Assembly: GCA_965206595.1 (NCBI GenBank)
Contig: OZ242214.1
Coordinates: forward strand, 4,352,001 to 4,416,000
Reading direction: 5' to 3'
Source: Candidatus Latescibacterota bacterium
GTDB lineage: Bacteria; Latescibacterota; UBA2968; UBA8231
Length of the DNA: 64,000 bases
In this document: piece by piece, positions 54,093 through 64,000 of the stretch
Position numbering within the stretch: position 1 is the first letter of the stretch
How the letters are laid out: each line of letters opens with the position of its first letter
Position numbers and translations under genes: made by a program
The notes under the pieces: generated by a model
Database searches by the model: none
The model's input: the letters and a program-made list of their open reading frames with translations, nothing else
What the model was told of the DNA's origin: nothing

Positions 54093-54270
54093 CTGCAGGC
54101 CGGGGTAGAGATCTCGATGGAGGGCAAGAGTCGGTGGAGAAACAACGTCTTCATCGAGCGTCTCTGGCGCTTACGAGCGTGTCTATCTGCACGACTTGGA
54201 AGATGAGGCCGGCTGCTCGCTATTCCGAGCCTGGCTATTTCTTTGCCACCAACCTGGAAGCGAGCCATTC
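54093..54270 (+). mobile_element. IS3-family transposase fragment
   Basis: QAGVEISMEGKSRWRNNVFIERLWR/YERVYLH (cf. G..ISMDG.GR..DNVFIERLWRS.KYE.VYL). Confidence 0.75.
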
Positions 54271-54397
54271 CATTTTTGCCATCGTATCCATATTCCTGAT
54301 ATTATGTCGCCCTACCATCTCGTTCAAATACAGAGGGAAGTATTTTCTGGATATGTTCTGTCTATAAATGGAGTAATATGCATGCTTGAGAGTGGAG

Positions 54398-54886
54398 CTA
54401 TTTGAGAAGTTCATCTACAGCCCTACTGAAGCTTATGTATTGATAAACAAATTTAATTTGGTAATTGGATTTCAATAACCTCTTTGTCTTATCTGGAACT
54501 AAATAATACCATCCTCTTGTGCCGGGAACTACGGTATCCGCGTCGTCTCCTCCCCAAATGACTGAAACTCCATAGCTTGACTGGAGAGGAGCCACAAAAA
54601 CTCCATTTTCATTCTCTATTCCGAAAAACAGAACTACAGGTTCAATGCCCAAAGAGTCCCCAAGAGGGACTGAAATATGATGGGGGTTTCTCTTGGTATA
54701 GTTTTGATTCAATACGGTTTCTTCCAAGGACTCGACATCGAGATCGAGTCCAGGAAGGCCTTGTTCCCCGGGGGGGCCTTGCATGCCGGGAGGACCCCTT
54801 AACTCATCACAAGACAACAACAGAATCGCCAAAATAATTGACTGGGACGAAGCCAAGAGCCGCCTTGAATCTATTCGGGATAACAA
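54398..54886 (-). CDS. Lipoprotein with a short collagen-like Gly-X-Y tract
   Basis: LLLSC lipobox followed by GPPGMQGPPGEQGLPG. Confidence 0.6.
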   Translation of the reverse strand: MLSRIDSRRLLASSQSIILAILLLSCDELRGPPGMQGPPGEQGLPGLDLDVESLEETVLNQNYTKRNPHHISVPLGDSLGIEPVVLFFGIENENGVFVAPLQSSYGVSVIWGGDDADTVVPGTRGWYYLVPDKTKRLLKSNYQIKFVYQYISFSRAVDELLK

Positions 54887-56244
54887 ATTTTCCTCCTAAA
54901 TAAAGCGGACTTATGCAGGACGGTTACGAAAGCTGGTCTTTGACCGAATCGATTAAGCAGTGGCAGTTTCTGCAATGATCATTCACGAATTCTCTAACTT
55001 TGGAAGGATCAGGAGCTAAGCGAAATATCAGTCGCGGGAGAATCCAAAGTCATTTCCCCCTCCATTTTCCCCACCTTTAGTACCAGACATTAGGACCCTT
55101 CCTTGGAACTGAGACCTTCCGGGACTGCTCATTCGTTCACCCCTCATGGTAGTATTCCTTTGCTCCGCTGTCAATCCCCGTTTTCGCCCCGCTTTTTCTC
55201 CACCATGTGTTTGCTCCAGGTCAGGGAGGGAACGGTTGTGGGCACGTCGCCCTCTTCCAGCATTCTTGGAAGAAAACCAGGCTTTCCTACCAGCTAAAGG
55301 ATAGGCGCAACGGATTCCACCTACCCCCTGGTCGGCACCCTACCGGCTGCGCTTAGTCAAGGAAAAGGCTCACCTTGATCGCCAGTGGTGCCGGAAGGTT
55401 CGAGCATATTATCCAGTCATCCCCCCGCCGGCTCCCCGGTCATTCTACCTGCGGTCAGTCCTCGATCAACCTCCTCTCCATTAGAGGGATGGGAGCCTTA
55501 GACGATTGTTACGGGATTCCCTGTCTGCCTAAGTTCACCGCTGGCTATCAGATCCCAACGGTCGTCTAACCTATTGATATCAATCAACATAGCCAACAGA
55601 ATTCTGTCGACTTCCGGAAACGCAGGAATCGTAAATTTGACTTGAATCCGGTGTCCATCAATGGTTTCCGAGGGAGTTTAACAAACGCCTAATGCACCCA
55701 GAGGGATGGTGATTCTGGTGGCGTCCGCCAATGGAGGATGTTACAGGAAGTGGAGGAAACTTAGTTCCTGGAAGGAGGGAGTGCTTGCCTTGTGGGGGAG
55801 AGAGAGTCATAATGTTATACCAGCAAGAGAAGGGATTCGCCGAGGTCGTTATTTGTTCCTAAGAAAACAGACTTATGCCTTGTAATGTGAACCCCGAAAT
55901 CAAAAGTCGAACTCCGATCTTTGCATTCCTGGATTCTTTTAGAAGTTTCTGAACTCCAGGGGATTTTAATTGTTCTCCACGGGTACTCGCTGCCCACCTG
56001 GAAACCCCATGAAGGAGCGTCCCGTCTTCGGTCATTCTGCCTAATTCCCATAGACAGATAGACAGCTCCGGTTATGTCCAATCCAAGACCAATAAATTGA
56101 ATAAATCCAGAGGCGTCCATCTTAATCGCCTTTATCGCTTTTGAATGATTTTCCGTAGTCAGGGTACCCTACTGGAGTATCCGTGTAGTCAGGAGACCCC
56201 ATCGGAGTCTCCGTCAGAGGTTCGTTGCCAGTCGGAAGTTTGTT

Positions 56245-57135
56245 TTATTGGTCGTCATTTTCTGAATAGAATGTATGATTAAGGACATGCAGCTTTCCCT
56301 CATGCACTTTCATAAAGTATTGAAGAAAGTTTTCCCGGTCATATTTTCTCATAAACTTGCAGATTTCTCGTAATTCATCGGGAACCTGTTCTTCGAAAAA
56401 GGGAACAGGATGATGGGGGGATTCCCCAGGATGTAAAGATTGAACGATATATCCAATATGGCGGATAATCAAATCATGGATTCCTGAATACTTTTTCTGA
56501 AATGAATCTACATCACCCGAATAAAGTTGATTTGCCATGTCGAACATTTTGTTATGCAATACCTCATAAAGGCGTGGAATGATATTCGGAGGCTCGATCT
56601 CATCTTGTTCTAAGATAATCTCCTTCTCCAGGATATATCTTATCGCCCATGCTACTTCCAGCATTGCGCCAATGCTTACTCTGGGCTGATTTTCTTCTTT
56701 CTTTGGAAATCCGTCAATAAGAAAGTACCTCCAAGTTGTATATCCGTCCTGGTCCCCCTTTCCTTTCTTCTTCGGAGGACCAACATCCAGAAGGTCAAGA
56801 AAGGACTTCAGGTCTTGAATGGGAATATAACTATGCAGTTGAACATAGCTCCCATAGGCCTTGTCCAATATCTCTCTATGTTCATCATGTAAATCATCAT
56901 ATAAGTCGCTTAGTCTATGCCCCCATCCAGGATCTCCAGATCGAGCATGAATAAAAAGCTTTAACCCCTGCTCTATAGCCGAATAAGACGAGGGAACCCA
57001 TATCCACAGCTGGATTCCCTCATAATCAGATACACAATCAGGGTTAATTCCGCCGGATTTATTATACATGCTGGATAGCATTTCAATGGCTTCAGAGGTC
57101 CTCGCCGCAGGATCAAAAAGAGGCCTTTTCGACAT
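56245..57135 (-). CDS. HEPN-like hypothetical protein
   Basis: YSAIEQGLKLF....GHRLSDLYDDL...YTTWRY; AGGAGAG RBS. Confidence 0.55.
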   Translation of the reverse strand: MSKRPLFDPAARTSEAIEMLSSMYNKSGGINPDCVSDYEGIQLWIWVPSSYSAIEQGLKLFIHARSGDPGWGHRLSDLYDDLHDEHREILDKAYGSYVQLHSYIPIQDLKSFLDLLDVGPPKKKGKGDQDGYTTWRYFLIDGFPKKEENQPRVSIGAMLEVAWAIRYILEKEIILEQDEIEPPNIIPRLYEVLHNKMFDMANQLYSGDVDSFQKKYSGIHDLIIRHIGYIVQSLHPGESPHHPVPFFEEQVPDELREICKFMRKYDRENFLQYFMKVHEGKLHVLNHTFYSENDDQ

Positions 57136-57178
57136 TTCAATAACTCTCCTATGATTGTGAGATGGGAAAGTGCATATC

Positions 57179-57719
57179 TTATTCTGACAATTCCTCGATT
57201 CTTTCCAGGATCGTTTTCTCTACTACGTAAGTAGGTCTACACGTTATAACCTTTGGTTTTCTCGTTCCGCTATATCCAAGATGAATAGATTTCGTCTCTC
57301 CTGAGTCAAAAAATACTGCCCCTCCAAACTTCTTCAATCCTTTCAATACATACCGTGCACTTACTCGAACCCTGGTTCCATTCTCAAATTCTCTGACAGA
57401 TATATTCATCGCCCCTTCCAGGTTAAGCTTCTGGGAAACTGAAGAGGTGTCCTCGTATTCAATCTGAGACCCGCAATCAACAAATATCTCGGGACGTTCA
57501 GATCCGAAATTCAGAGTAATTAAGCCGGATTCCTTGTCGATTCTTTCAATGGAAAAATGCCTTTCGGAGACACAATCAATGAGGATTTATCCATGTCTCA
57601 TCATATCCCGTGTCTACGAATATTGAATTGTCTTCTACGTGGTCCACCGGGGGAATGTATTTCTTTGAAGAGCATGAACACAACGCCAACAAAGCTATCA
57701 TGATGCCAATTCTAATCAT
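57179..57719 (-). pseudogene. Lipoprotein with a single frameshift
   Basis: MIRIGIMIALLALCSC...YDETW; +1 shift near 57587; continues ILIDCVSERHFSIERIDKESGLIT...FVDCG...MNISVRE. Confidence 0.6.
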
Positions 57720-57783
57720 TTGAATTATCCTCGAAAATAAGCTGCAGGGTGGGAAAGAGGGAATATCATAACAGGAACGCAGT

Positions 57784-57987
57784 TTAACAGGGCGGCGGAG
57801 AGCCGCCTTGATGTTTACCTGGGTCCCTCCGAACAATCTCCGCCTTCCTGGACCCCTGGACTATGACTATCTCATGGGCACAGGAAGACGGTCTCTTGTG
57901 TCCCTTGGTGCATACAGCGATGGCGATGTCGTGCCATAGGAGACGCCACCGCCATAGGCCGTCTTCACAGAACATCTCGAATCGCAT
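57784..57987 (-). CDS. YegP/DUF1508-like small protein
   Basis: MRFEMF.EDG.WRWRL....IA...GH.R.SSC...I..V. Confidence 0.5.
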   Translation of the reverse strand: MRFEMFCEDGLWRWRLLWHDIAIAVCTKGHKRPSSCAHEIVIVQGSRKAEIVRRDPGKHQGGSPPPC

Positions 57988-58019
57988 TGCGTTTGGTCGG
58001 CCCCGGAATCTGTCACCCT

Positions 58020-58430
58020 TCACGCAGACCCAGGGCCGACCTTTCGCCGGGGGACAGCAGCCCGGCTACTCGTGTCACAGATCACTGTCCCGCTTTCACC
58101 TGTCCCCAGGTACCCTTGATGATCGCAGTCGGTATTACCGCTGTCTCGATTTTCTCCGATACAATGCCGTCCTTCACTGCCGCGACAGGCCCAGCGGGAA
58201 GGATCGTTATCGAGTGTTGCAACTCTTGCCCTAACCGGATCGGAGTCAGACTGCTTCACTGATCCCCAAAACACAAAGGCAAATAGAGGCTCGTCCAGGC
58301 TCACTATCTCTCCGTCCTGATTCAGTCCAGTTGTAACCGCAACTTCCCGGTAAACCTCGTATCCCTCTGCATTAGGAACCAGGGTCCAGGCAAGGACTAC
58401 AAAGCCATCCCTCTTTTCTATTATCCATAG
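58020..58430 (-). pseudogene. Fragment of a secreted Fn3-like protein
   Basis: GFVVLAWTLVPNAEGYEVYREVAVTTG...; no clear start codon. Confidence 0.35.
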
Positions 58431-58434
58431 GGAA

Positions 58435-59007
58435 TCATCTCCACCAAAAGGCTGACTTTCCCTCTACTTCAGGATCGAATGGGGAGCATATAAATTGCCC
58501 CAAAGTTCGAGAAAACAATGAAATCTCATTTCTGCTAACAACCTTACCTGCTTCGCCGATAAAGTTACTGGCAGGCCATTTCCCTACCGCGTCCCTAATG
58601 TCTTCTACTCCTCCCTCAATTTGAAATCGGAAAGACTCCGCGCAATCACAAATGAGATTACCGAGTTCTGAAACTTCAATAGGGTCAAAAAATTCCACTT
58701 CTATCGTTCTATCTTTCAATTGGACTTTATTGGACGTGTTACTGACTAATTCCAGTAGGCAGTCAGTCAATTTACCTTGAAGAGATCTCTTTCTGCCTGC
58801 CCTTACATTCGACGGCAATAAAAACTGCTGAGCCCATTGATGACCAGAAATAGACATGATAAGACGGAAATACTGCGGAGAAATTTCCTCTATTATGGAG
58901 GGAAACTTATCCCTTATGGGAGAAAGCGCCATTATTGACACAATTGATATCAGATTTATTGCGTCCTCGGCCTTTTCCTTATCCGACTTCCCAAATAATC
59001 CAAACAT
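58435..59007 (-). CDS. Hypothetical protein
   Basis: 190-codon ORF starting MFGLFGKS with GGAG RBS, in AT-rich DNA. Confidence 0.55.
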   Translation of the reverse strand: MFGLFGKSDKEKAEDAINLISIVSIMALSPIRDKFPSIIEEISPQYFRLIMSISGHQWAQQFLLPSNVRAGRKRSLQGKLTDCLLELVSNTSNKVQLKDRTIEVEFFDPIEVSELGNLICDCAESFRFQIEGGVEDIRDAVGKWPASNFIGEAGKVVSRNEISLFSRTLGQFICSPFDPEVEGKSAFWWR

Positions 59008-59556
59008 TCGAACCTAACTCCTATCGGTGCAGGTCGAGGACTTGATTTTTTTGTTTTCCGGGGGGAATCCAGGGTGGAGGTGGACCCCATACTTTGGACA
59101 ACCGGGCACCAGAATTAGAGAATTAAATCGGACGTTGTGAAATGTCCCACAGTCTACTAATAGCCCAAGGTCGAAGAAGGTCGAGGGAAGTTAGTCCCTA
59201 TCGGAGTAAATTGAAGATGTCCCCGCCTCTGATTTCGAAAGGATCAGGGCGGCATACCCCCTCGACAAAAGGGCGGTAGAGTGCCGATTCAAAAGCGCGA
59301 ATTTAGAAAAAATCTGGTATAACATAGTAGATAAGGGGGTTCAGGGGTATCCATTTAAGAGCACCTGTCAGTGGACCCAGTCCGGGGCCGCCGCTCTACG
59401 ATGGGTTTGAATCGTTCTGCCGGCCCGGGGGCCCATGTGCCCTCGTCGAGATCTTCCACGAGGCGCCCCGTTCCGCGAAGATACCGAACGCGTCACTCCA
59501 GCACACTCCGCTGGCCCGAGGACTCTCTGGATATGCCTTGGCGAAAGCTACCGTCG

Positions 59557-59694
59557 GGCTACTACAACCGCTGGCTGAGCGCCATGGAGAGGCTGCTGCT
59601 GCAACGGGGGCTGGTTACCTCCGAGGAGTTGGATCGGCGCACCCGGGAGCTCGCCTCGGGCCGGAGAGAAGACCCGGACCGTCACCGCGGCTGA
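59557..59694 (+). pseudogene. NHase accessory protein, 3' fragment
   Basis: YYNRWLSAMERLLLQRGLVTSEELDRRTREL is an NHase-beta-like accessory C-terminus; high GC resumes here. Confidence 0.7.
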
Positions 59695-59834
59695 CGCCGC
59701 CGTTGGCCGAGGAGGCCGGATCGCTTAACCGGCACCATCGATCTCGGACAGCTCCAACTATCTCCGGCTCCGGCCGCCGTCCATTCCCCCGCTGCCCGCG
59801 GATACCCGCTCAGCTGTCGGCTGATTCCCCGATC

Positions 59835-61652
59835 CTACCTGTCGTACCAGCCGGCCTGCAGGGCCCACATGCGGGCGTACTCCCCGCCCCGGGAGACCAG
59901 CTCGTCGTGGGTTCCGTTCTCGATCAGCCGCCCCTCCTCGAGGACGAGGATGCGGTCGCACAGCCGCGCCGAGCCCAAGCGGTGGGAGACCACGATGGTG
60001 GTGCGCCCCCCGGCCATGGACAGAAAGCGGCGGAACACATCCGCCTCGGCCTGCGGGTCCAGGGAGGCGGTCGGCTCGTCGAGGACGACGAAGTCCCCCT
60101 CGCGCATGAACCCCCTGGAGATGGCCACGCGCTGCCACTCGCCGCCGGACAGCTCGGTGCCCCCTTCGAACTCCCGGGTGAGCAGGGTGTCGTAGCCCTC
60201 CGGGAGCCGGCCGGCGACGGCGTCGGCCCCGCCCTGGTGCGCGGCGCGCTCGATTTCGCCAGGCTCCCCCATCCTCTCGCTACGCCCGAAGCCGATGTTC
60301 TCGCCGAGGGGGAAGGCGAAGCGGGTGTAGTCCTGGAAGACCGCGGCCGACTGGTCCCGGAGCCGGATGCCGTTCACCCGTTCGGCCTCGAGGTCGCCGT
60401 ATCTCAGCTCGCCGGCGGTGGGGCGGAACAGCCCCAGCAGGATCTTGACGAGGGTGGTCTTGCCGGAGCCGTTGGCCCCGACCAGGGCGACGCGCTCGCC
60501 GGGCAGGATGGTGAAGGTGACCTCCTCGAGGACGGGGCGGTCCGCCTGCGGGTACCGGAAGCAGAGGTTGCGTGCGGAGATGGGTGTCCGGGAGAGAGCG
60601 CCGATGTCTTTCCCTTCCGGCGGCTCTTCCGGGCCCAGGTCCAGGTAGATGAACAGGTCGGCGATGTTGAGCAGCCGGATGGAGAGGAAGCCCATGCGGT
60701 TGACGAGGTGGGCGACGCTGAACCGCACCTGGCGCAGGGCGACGATCATGGCGGCGAACTGCCCTGCCGACAGCCCGCCTTCGAGAACCGCCCACGCCGA
60801 CCAGCCCACCCCGGCTGCCAGCCCCAGGAGGCTGAAGGCGGACAGTGCACCGCCGATGGCGTAATGCCTGCGGCGGTGCCGGTAGATGAGGTCGGCCACC
60901 CGCCAGTAGAGGTGTTCCCACCATCCGATCAGTGTCGGGCCCAGGCCGAAGACCCGCACCTCCTTGGCGGCGTCCCTTCCGGTCAGCGTCCTCTCCAGGT
61001 AGCCGCGCAGTCGCTGTGACTGGGTCTGCGCGCGATGCAGGTAGAACTCGTGGCTATTGTGGACCATGCCGGCGAGCGGCGGCGGCAGCGAGACGAGGAG
61101 GATGGCGACGAGAAGGAGGGGGTCCCAGAGCCCGACGACGACGGCGACCGAGACCGCGGTCAGTGTTCCGGTGAAGACCGTGCGGATTTCGCCGAAGAGG
61201 TTGAGGAAGAAGCCGGGGGTGGCGGCCTCCTGGGCGCGGCGCAGGAGGTCGTGGAAGTCGGCCCGCTCGAAGACCTCCAGGCGCAGGGACCGGGACTTGA
61301 CCTGGAGCTGCTCGAGGAGGCGGTCCTCCATCTCCTGCTTCAGGCGCTCGAGCAGGATCATTCGGGTCCAGGTCTGAATGCCGGTCTCGGCCAGGGTCAC
61401 GGCCGCCCACAGGGCCAGCCAGCCGAGCATGGCATCCGCGGGAAGCCGGCCTTCGTACACGTCGAGGCCGCGGTCGAAGAGCTCCCGAACGATCCAGACC
61501 GTAGCAGCCGGCAGCAGGCCGGCGGTGAACTGCAGCGCCAGGGAGACGGTGGCGCGCCGGGGGTCGGTGCGGATCATCCATCCCATGAAGCGGAGCAGGG
61601 TCTGGGGCGCCGGCGGTCGCTGGAGGATGGGATCGGGTTCTACCGGTACCAC
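59835..61652 (-). CDS. ABC exporter (permease + ATPase), NisT/SpaT-like
   Basis: TM region, AKEVRVFGL, GANGSGKTT, VFQDY, LSGGEWQR, LDEPT, VSHRL. Confidence 0.88.
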   Translation of the reverse strand: MVPVEPDPILQRPPAPQTLLRFMGWMIRTDPRRATVSLALQFTAGLLPAATVWIVRELFDRGLDVYEGRLPADAMLGWLALWAAVTLAETGIQTWTRMILLERLKQEMEDRLLEQLQVKSRSLRLEVFERADFHDLLRRAQEAATPGFFLNLFGEIRTVFTGTLTAVSVAVVVGLWDPLLLVAILLVSLPPPLAGMVHNSHEFYLHRAQTQSQRLRGYLERTLTGRDAAKEVRVFGLGPTLIGWWEHLYWRVADLIYRHRRRHYAIGGALSAFSLLGLAAGVGWSAWAVLEGGLSAGQFAAMIVALRQVRFSVAHLVNRMGFLSIRLLNIADLFIYLDLGPEEPPEGKDIGALSRTPISARNLCFRYPQADRPVLEEVTFTILPGERVALVGANGSGKTTLVKILLGLFRPTAGELRYGDLEAERVNGIRLRDQSAAVFQDYTRFAFPLGENIGFGRSERMGEPGEIERAAHQGGADAVAGRLPEGYDTLLTREFEGGTELSGGEWQRVAISRGFMREGDFVVLDEPTASLDPQAEADVFRRFLSMAGGRTTIVVSHRLGSARLCDRILVLEEGRLIENGTHDELVSRGGEYARMWALQAGWYDR

Positions 61653-63595
61653 GAGGCCTGTTCCTCCCACATGCCCGCGTACACTCCCTGCGCGGCCACC
61701 AGTTCGTCGTGGCGGCCCTGCTCGACGATGCGGCCCTGCTGCAGCACGAGGATGCGGTCGGCCATGCGCGCCGAGCCGAGGCGGTGGCTGATCAGCAGGG
61801 CGGAGCATCCCCCCAGGAGTTCCGCGAATTGCCGGTAGAGCTCGGCCTCGGCCATGGCGTCGAGGGCCGCCGCGGGCTCGTCGAGGATTAGCAGTTGCGG
61901 GTTGCGGGTGAAGGCGCGGGCGACGGCGACCCGTTGCCACTCTCCCCCGGACAGGCCCTGGCCGCCGTCGAGGATGTGCCCGACAGAGGTGTCGTACCCG
62001 TCGGGGAGACGTTCGGCGAGCTCTGCGGCCCCGGAGCGGCGAGCCGCGTCGGCGACCACCGCCCGGTCGGGTTGAAGCCACCGGGGCCACAGATCCGAGG
62101 TGGGCCTCTCTGACTTCGCAGCCGGGGCGGCGATGCCGATGGATTGCCCAAGGGTGAGCTCGAACCGGTAGAAATCCTGGAACGCGGCGCTCACGGCGCC
62201 TTCCATGCTGCCGGGGTCGATCCCGGCGTAGTCGAGGCCATCGGCTGTGACGCGCCCGGCCGTGGGCGGGTAGAGACCGAGGAGTATCTTGGCCAAGGTA
62301 GACTTGCCGGATCCGTTCTCGCCGACGAGGGCGACCCGCTCTCCCGGGGCCAGGTGGAAGCTGACGCCCTGCAGCACCTCCGGAGCCCTGCCGGAATCCG
62401 CCTCATCTGATCCACCTGCCGGGTAGGCGAAGTGGACGTCGTCGACGAAGAGCCCCTGGCGCAGCGGCCTTGGGAACGGAGCGTTCCCGGGCCGTTCTGT
62501 CGCAACCGGCGCCTCGGTAAAAGTGCCATGCCCTCCTGTGGCGGCCTCCGCTCCGGGGCCGTCTCCCTCCGGCAGGTCGAGGAACTCCCGGACGTACCCG
62601 ACCTCGGCGGACTGGGACTGCAACTGTCGGGAGTTGAAGGCGAGGCTTCCGCCGGCCCCGAACATGTCGTCGACCCCCTGGAAGAGCGCGACGAAGCGTC
62701 CGGGCGTCAGGACCCGGTCGCCGAGCAGGTAGGCGAGGATTCCGGCGACGCCGACCCCCACGGCGACGCGCAGCCCGGTGGCCGGGAGCCCGCCCAGAAC
62801 CTGGCGACGGCGCTGTTCCAGGAGCCGTTCGCGCAACACCCGGCGCATTCTCCGCCAGCGTTCGGTCAGCAGCGCGTGCAGGCCGAAGAGGCGCATCTCC
62901 TTCTGCTCCGTCCGCCCGGTGAGGATGCGGTCGACGTACCCGGCCCGGCGTTCCTCCGGCGTCTCGCCGTAGGTGAAAGCCATGAACATGCGGCTCTGCT
63001 CGATCTCCAGCCGCACCTGCGGCACCAGCACCGCCAGCAGGGCCAGGGAGATCCACGGGGAGACCGGGGCGAACATGGCGGCCACGGAGACCACGGTGAT
63101 CACCGCCTGGGCAAAGTGCAGGGCGGAGAAGAACAGCCGGTAGAGCTTGCGCCCCGGATCCCGGGCCCGCTCGAGACGGTCGTAGGTCTCGCTTGCCTCG
63201 AAGAACAGCAGGGGCAGCCGCGACGACTTGGCCAGAAGGCGGCGCCCCAGGACGTGGGAGAGGTTCTGCTCCAGCCGCAGATTGAGGATGTCGCGAACAT
63301 TCCACACCACTTCGTTGGTGAGCAGCAGAGTCAGGCCGAAGGCGATCAGCCAGGGGAGGGCGTCGCCGAAGCCCGCGGAGCCGCCGCCCGCGGCAGCGAC
63401 CACGGTGTCGACGAGGTTTCTGGTGATGTGGATGAGGAGGGCAGGCTGGAGGCCCAGCAGCAGGTGGACGGCGATCAGACCGAGAACCGCCCCCCTCGCA
63501 TGGGCCCAGATGTGGCTCCAGGCCCAACGCAGGTTGGCGGCGATGCTGGCGGCGCTGGCGCGGCGGTTCAAGAACTCGAGATCGGATCTCGCCAC
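61640..63595 (-). CDS. ABC exporter (permease + ATPase), partner half-transporter
   Basis: TM region, KEMRLFGL, GENGSGKST, LSGGEWQR, LDEP, ISHRL. Confidence 0.88.
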   Translation of the reverse strand: MARSDLEFLNRRASAASIAANLRWAWSHIWAHARGAVLGLIAVHLLLGLQPALLIHITRNLVDTVVAAAGGGSAGFGDALPWLIAFGLTLLLTNEVVWNVRDILNLRLEQNLSHVLGRRLLAKSSRLPLLFFEASETYDRLERARDPGRKLYRLFFSALHFAQAVITVVSVAAMFAPVSPWISLALLAVLVPQVRLEIEQSRMFMAFTYGETPEERRAGYVDRILTGRTEQKEMRLFGLHALLTERWRRMRRVLRERLLEQRRRQVLGGLPATGLRVAVGVGVAGILAYLLGDRVLTPGRFVALFQGVDDMFGAGGSLAFNSRQLQSQSAEVGYVREFLDLPEGDGPGAEAATGGHGTFTEAPVATERPGNAPFPRPLRQGLFVDDVHFAYPAGGSDEADSGRAPEVLQGVSFHLAPGERVALVGENGSGKSTLAKILLGLYPPTAGRVTADGLDYAGIDPGSMEGAVSAAFQDFYRFELTLGQSIGIAAPAAKSERPTSDLWPRWLQPDRAVVADAARRSGAAELAERLPDGYDTSVGHILDGGQGLSGGEWQRVAVARAFTRNPQLLILDEPAAALDAMAEAELYRQFAELLGGCSALLISHRLGSARMADRILVLQQGRIVEQGRHDELVAAQGVYAGMWEEQASWYR

Positions 63596-63857
63596 GGGAT
63601 GCCCGGGTCAGGCGCGCGGCTCGAAGTGCCGACCGCGATTTCTTTGGAGCTGAAGCTGACCCGGAAATCCGAACAATGGTGATTCCCCGTGCAGGTAGAT
63701 GAGATCCTATGGGGTAAGGTCCACGGCAATCATGGACAATGGCAACGCATTTTTCAGCATCCTTGTTTGTTCACCGTGCCGGCAATTGATGGGAAGGCCG
63801 CCGCGGTTATCTTCCCGCCGTCCCGAAAACGCCGCCCCCAAATCGCGCGAAGACCAC

Positions 63858-64000
63858 ATGAACGAGACAGCGCGGAACAAGCTCGAACGCTGCATAGGCC
63901 TGCTGGAGCAGGGATCCCTCACCGCGGCGGACCTGCGGGATCTCGCCGCGGCCTCCTCTTCCGCTTTCGCAGGTCAGCGGCAGGAGCTGCTCTACCTGCA
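63858..64000 (+). CDS. Hypothetical protein, 5' part (runs off window)
   Basis: MNETARNKLERCIGLLEQGSLTAADLRDL... open to the window end. Confidence 0.45.
   Translation, partial: MNETARNKLERCIGLLEQGSLTAADLRDLAAASSSAFAGQRQELLYL

Larger units (their letters stand above)
52460..59370. mobile_element. AT-rich horizontally acquired island, no integrase visible
   Basis: Sample line 53101-53160 has 26/60 G+C versus 44/60 at 661-720; recognisable ORFs are on the minus strand; splits the NHase accessory gene. Confidence 0.7.

Noticed and set aside
59300-59335. dif/Xer-like site at the island's right end (shares ATGTTATACCAG with 55812 in inverted orientation)
   Set aside because: No proper XerC/XerD arm spacing; a 12-bp match is compatible with chance.

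Overview
High-GC bacterial DNA. The DUF4175/TPR/conserved-protein cluster, paired PhyH dioxygenases and ECF fusion suggest an FCB-group or Latescibacterota-like organism (inference only). Positions 1-27 kb hold housekeeping and catabolic genes (SDR, Ldh_2, FAD oxidase, 2x PhyH, Gfo/Idh/MocA, gdhA, PIG-L, GH5, DUF4091 hydrolase, sirtuin, K+ channel, ECF-TPR), interrupted by TA modules and an ABC-ATPase/TOPRIM gene. Positions 27-51 kb form a defence island built on a Type I R-M operon (hsdM, hsdS, hsdR). HsdS carries an N-terminal MNT (nucleotidyltransferase) domain next to an intact HEPN RNase. The intergenic slots hold stacked cargo: TA pairs, FRG-TPR, a DUF6978/DUF1829-like pair, a Schlafen/AlbA_2 protein and an ABC-ATPase + TOPRIM-like pair. 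A tandem STAND-ATPase pair lies at the right end. The most striking pattern is that cargo blocks are bracketed by short diverged duplicates of the neighbouring genes' ends: 3 extra hsdR starts, 1 extra hsdR end, 1 extra hsdS end, an extra MNT piece, an extra abrB/pemK, and an extra TPR-gene end around higA. This points to repeated integrase-free cassette capture. Positions 51-60 kb hold a cobalt nitrile hydratase operon broken twice, once by an AT-rich ~7 kb island. Positions 60-64 kb hold two ABC exporters. No rRNA, tRNA or CRISPR array was seen. Family names come from motif recognition, not database searches.
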